64,000 bases of DNA from Prasinococcaceae sp. CCMP 1430 (lineage: Eukaryota; Plantae; Prasinodermophyta), in assembly GCA_013416795.1 (NCBI GenBank), contig RQSC01000523.1:176983-240982 (forward strand). Direction: 5' to 3'. Under the pieces are notes generated by a model, which did no database searches, was not told the DNA's origin, and saw only the letters and a list, made by a program, of their open reading frames with translations. The position numbers and the translations under genes were made by a program. Shown piece by piece: positions 54,211-64,000 of the stretch (the first letter of the stretch is position 1; the number at the start of each line of letters is the position of its first letter).

Positions 54211-57136
54211 CTACTCGTCGTCGGCCGCGGCGCTCTGGATGACCGCCTGGCTGCGATACATGTCGGCGATCTGCACCGACGAGGTGGCCTGCTCAGGCTT
54301 CTTGTCCGTGCGCACGCGCAGAAAGCGCGGGAAGCGCAGCGCGATGCCCTTGTCCTCGTCGACCATCCCCTTGGCCGCCAGATGCACGGGCGAGATCGAC
54401 AGGTCCGCGGCCTTGACCTCCCACACCTGTGCCGCGTCGAAGAACACGTCAGGGGTACCGGCTCCGCCAAGCTGGTGCGAGCAGCGGGCGATGGGCACGA
54501 AAAATGAGGGCGGCGGCGAGGCGAGTCAGCGGCGAGCGCGTCGCAGCGGGCGGCGCGCGCGTAGGCGCGCGCGTCTGGAGTCGCCGGGGCGCCCGGCCGC
54601 CGACAGCGCGCCTCGGACCTTCTCGGGTACGGCGTAGTACGGCCTCGGCGCGTCGATGACGTGCGGCTTGAGCGCGTCCGTGAGCTGCTGCAGCTGCTCC
54701 TCCGAGAAGCCCGTCCCGATCTTGCAGACCGACTGGAAGGTCTCGGTGTCCTCGTCGTAACACGCGAGCAGGTACGCGCCGTACACGCCCGCGCGCTTGC
54801 CCTTGCCCTTCAGCGCGGCAATGGGCACAAGGTCCACCGAGTCGCCCATCGAATCCATGTAGTCCTTCTTGAGCTTGAGCCAGTTCAGCGAGCGGCGCGA
54901 GGGCTCGTAGTGCGCGTCGTCCCCATGCAAGGTCTTGATGATCAGCCCCTCGGTCGACGCCGCGACCGACTCGTTGAGGAAGTTCATGATCTCGTCCGCG
55001 TCACCGCTCGTGTGCGTCTTGGCGTACTCGAACTCGCCGGGCGTCTCGATGAAGGCAGAATACAGGGCCTCGCGGCGCTCGACGAGCGACTTGCTCATGA
55101 GGCTTTCGCCCTTGAGGAAGAGGCAGTCGAAGGCGAACATGCACGCTTTGATCTCGATGTCCTTCTCGTCCACGTCCTTGCGCTTTCGGTTCATCAGAAC
55201 TTGGAAGGGCAGGATCGTGGGCGGCGTGGTGGTCCGATCGACTGCAACGGCCTCGCCGTCCAGCACGCACGCGCCCATGCCGGGCTTGAGCGCCCTCTTG
55301 ACGATGCTCACCAGGTCCGGGTACTTCGAGGTCGTGTTCTCAGAGTTGCGGCTGTAGATAGCCACTTCACCGCTCTCCATGATGTGGATCTGCGCGCGCT
55401 CGCCGTCGTATTTGTACTCGCAGGTGAACTCGATGTCCTGGAAACGGTCGAGCACCTCACGCACGCCGTTGGTTGGCTTCGCAAGCATTGGCTTCACAGG
55501 GATGCCCACAGTGAAGTGGCAGTGGTCGTACAGGTCCCACACGCCATTCTTGAGCACCGAGGCCGCAATCGCGTCGTACGTGGGCATTTCTGAGAAGCAC
55601 TTCTTCACGATGAGGTGCGCGGCCTCGAGGCACTCGGCGACCACCACGGCGTCCTTCTTCGCGACGGCCTTGGCCAGCTTCGTCGCCATCGGGTCCGTCT
55701 TGTCGCTCACCTCGGGCTCGAGCTGTAGCGCCGCCGCGTGCGCCAGCGCCGCCACCACGCTCTGCTCCGCAAGGCCGATGCGCGTCTTGCCCTGCAACAG
55801 CGACATGATCCACCTGGCCTCCGAGCCCTGGCTCGCCACGAGGATCTGCTTGATGAGGTCGCGACGGCGCTGCCCGCTCTTGTTGCCCTCGAGGGTGGCA
55901 ATCTGCTTGAACGTGCCAAACACCTTGCGAACAGTCAGCGGCTTGGGCTTGAAGAGGCACTTCTGCTTGGACCTGCTGAATTCGGCGACGATGCCGAGGT
56001 CTCCGCTCTCCGTATACTGCTCCTTGATGGTAGACTCCTTGCTACCAGTCGCCTCGCATAGCGTCTTGATCAGCGCCGCATCGCCCACGTTCATCTCGAC
56101 GCCCTCGTGCGCCGGCGCGAGCTTGCGCGCAAACATGTACACAGCGGGGAGCATGTCCTCCGGCGTCAGCGTCGCGATGGTGCGCAGGCACTCGGTCACC
56201 AGCTGCTGGATGCGCAGACGTTTGGGCTCCTCCGCGATGGCGTCCATGCAATCCCGAAAGAACGAGAACGGCACGGGCTCGCCTGCCTTCCAGGTCGCCT
56301 TCTCCGCAGGATCGAAGGTCGCGTGGCTCATGGCGACCTCAACCGCAAAGTCGCCAACGCCGGCAGCCGCGGACTTGGCCTTGGACGCGTCCTTCTTAGC
56401 CTTGGGCTTGGCGCTCGGCGCCGGCGCGGACTTGGCCTTCTCCTCCGCGGCGGAGGGCTTGACCTCAATTTCGGTACCCTTCACCGCCTTGCCCACACCG
56501 GACGGGCGCTTGCGGAACAGAGGTGCGACGTCGTCTTCGTCTTCGTCCTCATCATCCTCGTCCTCGCCGTCCTCCTCATCATCGCCTGCGTCTACGCCGC
56601 CATCAACGACGAAGTCGTCGTCGCCGTCTTCCATGGCCTCGTCTTCATCGCCAAGGTCCTCGTCCTCGTCTGTGTCGGCGTCCTCCACGACTGCCTTGCG
56701 CAGCCGCTTGCGCTGCGGCGCCTGCGCGTCGTCGGAGCCAGCCTTGTCCGCCGCTGCGGGCTGCGACGCAGGCTGCGCGCCACCAGTGGCGGCGGCCTCA
56801 CCGTCGCTCGCCGCCGCGTTCGCGGCGCCGTCCCCGTCGCCCTCGCTGCCGACGTCGTCGTCGTCGTCGATCACGACCGCCCTACGCTTGGCCTTCTTCT
56901 CCGAGGAGCCGCCGACATCTGCGGGCACCGCCGCCTTGGCCACCGCCTTGGCCGCCGCCGCCGCCGCCGCGGCGCGCCCGTCGTTCTCCCGCGCTGCGAG
57001 CAAACTTGACCGCTCCAACCGACGACCAAAACGTCGTCTGGGCCATCAGCCTGTCGCCGTCGCCGTCGCCGCCGCCCTTGGCGCCAGCCCCGCCGCCGCC
57101 GAAGAACGACGCGATCGACCGCTGCTGGCCCCCCAT
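54211..57136 (-). CDS. LIG1: DNA ligase I; intron 54472-54618; unresolved discontinuity near 57020-57050
   Basis: [11 protein letters not shown]-like start, [15 protein letters not shown] (adenylated Lys), [26 protein letters not shown] and LRFPRF. Confidence 0.96.
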
Positions 57137-57250
57137 CGCCGCCGCCGCGAACCCCTCCCCCAAGCGCGCGCGCGCCTCCCGCCTTCCCCCCCTTCTCCCC
57201 CCCCACGGCGCCCGCGCTGTGGCGCCCCGCGCAGCAGCCCGCGCGCGCGT

Positions 57251-57276
57251 TTTCGCGCCCCCGACCGCGCGCGAAA
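57251..57276. promoter_or_regulatory. Inverted pair of E2F-consensus sites (TTTCGCGC and GCGCGAAA) upstream of LIG1
   Basis: Exact TTTSSCGC matches at 57251-57258 and 57269-57276, about 115-140 nt before the ATG. LIG1 is a classic E2F target class. Confidence 0.55.
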
Positions 57277-57380
57277 ACGAGCGCGCAGGAACATGCATCA
57301 CATCGAAGATACCCAATCCTTTCATTCATCAACATAACCCACGGCGTAGCATCCATTCTGAATGGCATTCTCTCAGACTC

Positions 57381-57388
57381 AAACCCTA
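57381..57388 (+). promoter_or_regulatory. Telo-box AAACCCTA in the LIG1/LRR divergent promoter
   Basis: Exact octamer match; function inferred from plant promoters only. Confidence 0.3.
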
Positions 57389-58037
57389 CCCTATCTATCC
57401 CTGCCGGGCGGGCCTGGACGGACGCAGAGTTCCAGCTCCACCCACCAACCAACCAACCAACCAAATGCGTCGTTCGCCGCGCGCCGGGCGGATTCGGATT
57501 CGCGTCTGGGCGGAGTCGGCTCCGGCGCGCGCCGCGCGGCGAGGGGGTGTTTGTGTTTTACCCCGGGCGCTCATCCAGGCCTTTTTCTGCCCCCCCCCCC
57601 GTACTGCCATGCGAGCGTGCAAAGTGACGTCACCTTTCGGGTGCCGCCGGTTGGGGTTGGGGTTGGGACGCGGGCGCCACCCGCGCGTGGTTTGAAATTT
57701 CGAACCGCGCGGGCGCGCGCGCGCGGGGGGCGGAGAGACCGGGATCGCGCGCGATGTACCCGGACTGAGCGGACGAAAGAGCCGAATTTGACCCGGGACT
57801 CGAGGCGTGCAGAACGGGTGTGGCGGGTGATGATCCCGAGCGAGGGGCGCGCGCGCGGCGCCGGCGGCGTGCGGGCGACGGGGGTGTGCTCGCCCACCAC
57901 CTCGCCGCGAGGCACCCGCGCAACCTTAGGACTGTCCCCTCCCGCTGGAGCGGTGTCTGGCGCTCGGACGAGGGCGGCACAGCGCGCGCGCGCGCGCGCG
58001 CGCGCTGTGGGCGCGCGCTGTGGGCGCCGCCACGTCG

Positions 58038-61000
58038 ATGTTCGGCGGTGGACCGCGTGGCGTGTTCGGTCAGGGCGAGGACGATGGAGTGTGGGTAGAC
58101 CTAGGCCTGTCCCCGCAGAAGGCGGCGGCAGCCGCGTCGTTCGAGGCGTCGCTGGGCCGTGCAGCCAGGCGCTCGGCTGCGGCAGCCGCCGCGGCGGCCG
58201 TGCGTCCCTCCGACGGCGCCAAGCCCGGTGCTGCGCTGCGGCGGCGAGCGCCGCGCCCCGCGTGGTGCGACGACGCGCATGTGTTCGCCGCGGCCGCGGC
58301 CGTGCCAGCAAGGTGCCGCGATGGCGCGTACGACCCACCCCGCGAGCGCGAGGCGTACACGCTCTCGCCTGCACCACCGGACCCCCCGCCTCGCGAGTAT
58401 GAGGCGGCGCGCGCGCGCGCGGCAAAGCTGCGTGCGGAGCTGGACGAGCTGCGTGCGAGCGCGGACTTGGCGCGCGGCACGGTGACGCGAGACATGGATG
58501 CCGCGCGGCGCGAGGCGGAGCGATCGCGCGCGGCGCGCGCGACGCTGAACGCGCATCGCCTCGCGGACGCGCGGGCGGACTTCTCCAACCCGCACGGGGC
58601 GCATGCGCGGCGCGAGCGCGAGCGCGAGCGCGAGCGCGAACGCACCAGGCTTGCGGCGATGGCCGCTCGCGACAGCAGAGAGGACGCGTACTTTCGAAGC
58701 GTCGTGGGTGATTGCGAGGGCGGGGGCGAGAGCGACAGCGAGAGTGCGCGCCCCCGTATTCCCCCCGAGACGCGCGCAGTGGTTGCGCAGGTGGTAGCGC
58801 CTGCCGGCGAGCACGGGGAGTGCGACTCGCTTTCAAGCGGTGGCAGCGACGCGGCCGGCTGGCAGGAGGGCCGATGGCGCGCGCGACACGGCCAGGCATA
58901 CGGCGCGGACAGCCCTGGGTGCTCGCGCGAGCAGCTGCTCGGCGGCAGCCCTCCGCCAGAGGATGCACGCGAGGCGATGGGCGAACCCGCGCGCGGGTGG
59001 GGGGCGCCGGTTCCCGCGGCCAATCCGAAGAAGGGCCGCAAGAATGGCGCCAAGCGGAGGGCGAAGCCCAAAGCGACAAAGCGTGCAGTGGGCGTGGCGG
59101 CGATGTACGACTACTTCCCGCGTGAGCGCGACTTCGGTCCGCGCGGCACGGGCACAGGAGGCACCTTCGACGGCGCGCGCACAGCGCAGGAGCGGCACGA
59201 GCGGGAGAGGTACAATGGGGCGCGCCGGCAGGACTCGCCTGTGGCGCAGCCGGCCGCGGCACGCACACGGAAGCCTGCGCGAGCGTCGGGAGCGCGCACG
59301 CCGCCCAAACGAAAGGGCCCGAATAGGGGCGGTAGCGAGGGTGGCTCTGCCTCAGAGGGTCACATGCGCTCGCGCGCGTCGCGCAGCCGGCTGTGCGCGC
59401 TGCCAGCCGAAGCTCGCGGGCGCGTGCGGAGGCGCCGCGGATCTGCGGGCAGCGCGAAGGTCGGTGCGCCGCCGGTGCCGCCGGCCGACGTTGCTTTTGA
59501 GCGCGTGCACTCCGCAGGGGACAAGAAGAAGGTGGACGCCGCATATCTGAGCGCGCTATACGCGCGAGCGGACGAGATGGCGGTGAAGGCGGCCCAAGCA
59601 GCTAAAGAGGCAGCCGAAGCCGCGGCTGAGCTGCATGCGTTGGAGTTGGCAGGCAATCGCTCCGCTTGTGCAGATGCATCTGAGAAGGCGGCGGCACAGC
59701 AGGATGTGCCAGACGGCGATGTCATGGTTTCGTCACCGGAGGCTTCCCAGGATGGCGGCAGCTCGGGCGAGGCCACGAACGTGGAGGTGCATGTGTGCGC
59801 TGACGATGGTGACACGACTGACACGCCCGGCGCGAAGGTCGCGCTCGGCCCTGGGAAGGGTCGCTTGCTGTTGGTCAAAGAGGCGAGCATCCTGGGCACG
59901 CGCGCCAAGCCCCACCTCAGGCTGCACGGCGAGCCCGGATGCGACGTGGGTAGCACGGGTGGCGAGTCTCGCCCGAAGTCTTCAGCTCTGAGCGCCAAAC
60001 TCACGAGCGGTGTCAACACGCGCTCGTGCCCTTCTCTGCGTGCGCTCGCGGGGCGAGCGTACGCGTCGTGCCTCCACAATGCGGCGTCGCTGGACGCGCT
60101 GCACCCCGAATCAGTTGCCGCGATGCTGTCTGAGGTAGCCATCGACTGCCGTGTTCTTTTCCTGGCTCTCGAGGCGGGCCTCGAGGAGCTAGTGGTGGAT
60201 GACTTGTTACAGCTGATTGAGGTCATGCCGCGTATGTGGGCGGTGGAGCGTCATGGCGAGCACACCAGCGAGAACGAGTCCGGGGAGGCGGAGGAGAGCT
60301 GGGGCGAATGCGGTGATCTTGCGCGGCGCGGTAGGCATTCGCGACGGCAACGGCGACTGGAGATAGAGGTTCCGGACTACTTCGCAGAGGAATCGCCGGC
60401 GGGGCCCGTGCTCGCCGTCACGTCATGGCTGCAATGCATCGCCGATGCGCCGGCCCTTCGTCGGCTGTGCCTCCGTAGCCGTGAGGAGGACCATCGCTGC
60501 GCGCCGCTACTCAACTTCATTCTGGCGCACTGTGCCGCCGCGCCAACGTGCGTGGATGATGCCGAGGCCGACGCCGCATCGCGCAGTGGGGTGTGGCTCA
60601 CGCGAAGTGGGATCAAGCGCCTCGAGGTAGAGCACTTCGACACTGTCACACCGAAGGTCCTTGAGCCAGTGCTGTGGCTCAGCACGCTCAGGGAGCTCCG
60701 CCTGAGCCACCTCCCAGCACTTGATGATGCCTTTGTGCGGTCCATCTGCCACCGAATGCCGCAGCTACGCGTGTTTGACCTCGACTTTCTTGCCATTACG
60801 GACTGTGCTTTCAGGGACAATGCCCTTGCTCGCATGAGCAGCCTGGACGAGCTGAGTGTGCGCGCTTGCCCCTACGTCACTCTTCGTGAGCCCACGTTCA
60901 GATGGAAGTGCCTGAGCAGGCTCAAGACGCTTCGGCTCGACCCGCCCGGAGGCGATGCCAAGTTCACAGTCTCGCTGAACGAGGTGGCCAACGTCAACAA

Positions 61001-61745
61001 GTTCACCCGCCTGCGTGTGTTGGAACTAGGCTGCAACGTGTCCAGGGCCGCGAGTGGCGTCGAACGGCTGGATCTGCGCGTGTACGACCTCAGCTCGCTG
61101 CGCGTACTCGGGTTGTACCTGCCTGCTTCCCAGATCATTTGGCCAGATATTGCATCGTGGAATCCGAAGGTGCGACCGTCGTGCGCTCGATGGCCGCGCG
61201 CGCGACCGTCACGCGCTGTGCCTCGCGTGCTGACGCAGCGGGGCCTACAACACGTGCTCCCCCGCGTTCCCTCGAACAGCTGCGCTCATTGCGCCTACTG
61301 GAGATCGGTAGCGTGCTCACGCAGAGGCGTCTGCATGCGCACCCCTCGCTGGAGGAGCTTCGCGTGGAGGACGCCAAGTCCATGTCACACGAGGACGTGC
61401 AGGTGAGTGCGCGAGTGCATGGTGGCGCGAATGACACGCCAGCCTGTGCGAGCATGCAGCTGACATCCCCCGCGCGCTCTTTGACTTCTGCTCCGCTCTC
61501 TCGCACGGGCGGCCGCGCGCATGCACGCACGCGCGCAGACGCTTCCGACGGCGGCCCCCTTATTGGCTGACGTCATTTTAAAAGGCATACACCCGAAACT
61601 GGCGGTGTTCGTCGCACGCACCTTGAAGGAAATGGGCAATTGTGCAGACTCGGTAGAGATCGACGACATGTCAGTGAGGGCGTACAGACGTCTGGAGATG
61701 CACAGGTACAAAGCAAACCTCAAACAGAGGCGCTTTCGAGCCTGA
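58038..61745 (+). CDS. Large protein with disordered N-half and C-terminal cysteine-containing (FBXL/AMN1-type) leucine-rich repeats; introns near 61171-61278 and 61403-61584
   Basis: LRELRLSHLPALDD, LRVFDLDFLAITD, LDELSVRACPYVT and LRVLELGC. Canonical splice sites join the tail to the stop at 61745. Confidence 0.7.
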
Positions 61746-61851
61746 GCCTCGCCCTGTAAGTACAATGACCGTGTATCGTGGCCCTGTTGCATTGGGACGC
61801 AGCGTGGAACGTCGCCGTTGAAATGTCCGTGCGATTCGTGCGATCGTTGTC

Positions 61852-63935
61852 TTATTTGGTGAGGATAGAGCTTAGCGCCTCCAGCGCGGACAACAGGCTG
61901 CTTATGTCTGTGTAGCGCTCGCCACTCAAGTCGTGCGCGTCAACTATCATAGCCAATTCTGAGACGTCGCTGCCAGGTGCGAGCAGACCAAGGCCGTAGC
62001 GAAACTGTTCACTGGTGAGTTTCCCATCGCCCACCACGTCGAGCACCCCCAACGTACGGCGGGCGCTGTTGACGTCGTGCGTCACACGCTCTATCCGCTG
62101 CTGCAGCGCACGTGTGTGCAAGAGCATGCGCAGACGCGTGAGGCGCTCGGCCACACCGCTTCCACCAACCGACTGCGGCGCGGAGGCTTCGCTGTCCATG
62201 GACTGGGTCAGCAAGTTGCGCGTAGACGACTCGCTGGCCAACGCCTTCTTCTGGAACGGTGACGCCGCAGGCGTCGGCTCGGCCGATCCCGCCTGTGTCC
62301 TCGGAGAGCCCAGCTGTACACTAGCATGCGTGGTGCCGTCCAGCACGTGTTGCGCATGCATTTCGTCGCCCTCCTCCGGCTGGCCTCCTTCGGCAATCGA
62401 TGCTCGGCTGTCTTCGCCTGGCAAGCGCGCTGACACGAGGCGGTCGATGACGTCGTTGTATTGGATATATCCGGCTCGCGCGCCCTCGAGAGTGGATGCG
62501 AGCGCGCGAACCTGTCGAGTGCTGAGCTTCACACGCAGGCCAGTGACGACCTTCACAAAGCTGGCGTGACTGACGAAGCCCGAGCCGTCCACATCGTACC
62601 GACGGAAGACGTCGCGCAGCTGCCATGTTCCTCCAATTTCGTCGGTCCTTTCCGATAAAACACGCAGCAGCCGTGCCGCCTCCGCTGTGCGCTTCGAGCG
62701 CTTGGCGCTCTGGACGCGCTGTTTCTTGCGCAATGCCGCTAGCGAAGCGCGATTCGCAGGGTCGACAGCCGTTGCCGAAGTGTGCACATCGCTCTTCGAC
62801 CCACCGCGCGCTTGCGCGTCGTCAGCGAGGTTTAGGCGCGGAGCGTTCGATGCAGGCGGTGAGCGGCTGGAATACGCCGGCACGTTGAGCTTGCCGGCGA
62901 ACTCGTGGTAGTCGATGTCGCCACTCCCGTCTGCGTCGAAGGTGTCGGCGAGTTGACGGGCCTCGGAGAAGCTCAGACCCAGGCCAAGGCTCACCACGCC
63001 CTTGATGAACTCGCCACGAGAAAGCTTTCCGTCGCCATCCTCGTCGAAGGCAGCGAAGGCTTGGGCAATGGAGTCGCCAAGCCCGGCCTGAAAAGGGCCC
63101 CGAAAATCGACGCTCGAGGGGTCAGCACAACGATCCGCCCATGCAGGCGCATGCGCGAGCGAGATGCACGAGCGCCTCGGCGTCCGCGCGCGCTCCCCAG
63201 CCAGCACCCGGCGCGCACGCACTTTGAGGACGGCCTTCTTCAATTTGCTCACAAGGTCCACGATGCTGTGCCCTTCGCTACCCGGCAGTTGGCACACCTT
63301 CGACACCCATTCGCCATACTCGATTTCGCCGTCTCCGTCATTGTCGAAGTGCCGGTACACGCCCTTCATCTGCGCCATGCTCAGATTCAGCCCAAGGCTG
63401 CGCAGCCCTTGGACGAATTGGTCCCAGGACACGCCTCCGTCGCCATCGACGTCGAATTTGCGAAGAACCGCCACCGCGGCCTCGGCACCGCCGTGTGCGC
63501 CGACTGCCGCGCCGAGTTTGGTCAGTGCGCTGCTTACATCGCCCTCCGCGGGTGGTGGCATGTGCTGTCCCGCAACGTCGGCGCCTTCCTCCACTGAGTA
63601 AGGATGCGCGCCATTTCCAATATGGGCGCTCAATGGCCGTCCCTTTCGCGCTGCGGCCGCGGGTGAGCTTGAGTACCGCCGATTGCTTCCGCGTGCGACC
63701 GGCGCCGCCGATGCCGGCCGAGCGCGATGGCCTGTGGGGGCACGTGCTTCGGCGAACTGTTGGGAACGCCGCTCCTCAGCTGCGCGTTCTTCGGGATCGC
63801 GGGCTGCAAAGGGTTCGTGCGGCCCCTCCCAGGATTTGGGCCTGAAAAGCTCGCGGCGACCACGTCGGTAGGGCTGACGCGGTATCACCTTGTCGCTGCC
63901 CACCCAGGCCTCGTGCACTTGCCATTCATCCTGCA
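61852..63935 (-). CDS. Multi-EF-hand calcium-binding protein (5' end probably beyond the window; intron about 63090-63221)
   Basis: Canonical loops DVDGDGGVSWDQF, DNDGDGEIEYGEW, DEDGDGKLSRGEF, DADGSGDIDYHEF and DVDGSGFVS, plus degenerate DVVGDGKLTSEQF. Confidence 0.88.
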
Positions 63936-64000
63936 CATGGCGCACGCAAGAGTCAGGCGCCATTTCACTACGCAGACGGACCCGCGCGCGCGCGCAAGCG

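Noticed and set aside
752-54618. Introner-like repetitive introns
   Set aside because: The introns compared by eye share only microsatellites and branch motifs, not extended sequence.
1-64000. Hundreds of long alternative-frame and antisense ORFs in the track (e.g. 3888-5615, 8294-9883, 23749-25104, 55379-57337)
   Set aside because: Expected shadows of GC3-rich coding sequence. They are Arg/Ala/Gly/Pro-rich with no motifs and lie over identified genes.
1-64000. rRNA, tRNA, transposase or viral genes
   Set aside because: No recognisable signatures seen by eye; tRNAscan-SE and Infernal would be needed to exclude small RNAs.

Overview
Eukaryotic nuclear DNA, very GC-rich and gene-dense, with short GT-AG introns that often carry (CA)n/(TG)n/(CG)n tracts. 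The gene content (PsbP-like, CPSFL1-like, DRTGG-type phosphate acetyltransferase, centriolar and ciliary proteins) points to a green alga, probably prasinophyte-grade; this is inference. About 27 protein-coding loci are supported: JmjC protein, AT5G11810-like protein, transaldolase, two somatomedin-B/NHL-repeat secreted proteins, M20 peptidase, PsbP-like, OPA3, a long coiled-coil protein, CCDC24-like, 6-phosphogluconolactonase, CCR4-type EEP, PTA, DOMON protein, HEATR5/SWEETIE, MaoC dehydratase, class-IV aminotransferase-like, PRA1, FOR20, ZNHIT2, NEK kinase, kinesin-8, CPSFL1-like, DNA ligase I, an LRR protein and an EF-hand protein. No rRNA, tRNA, CRISPR or recognisable transposase was seen. 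The assembly is draft quality, with N gaps, single-N joins and frameshifts in GC runs. Most notable observations: (i) a family of secreted SMB + Pro-rich or acidic stalk + NHL-propeller proteins; (ii) head-to-head gene pairs with no intergenic DNA and missing start codons (PTA/DOMON, CPSFL1/SMB); (iii) an in-frame multi-gene mosaic at 52.4-54.1 kb; (iv) a start-less CCDC24 behind 6PGL; (v) a stray F1-ATPase alpha fragment; (vi) E2F-type motifs upstream of cell-cycle genes. Items ii, iii and v could be assembly artefacts and need long reads.
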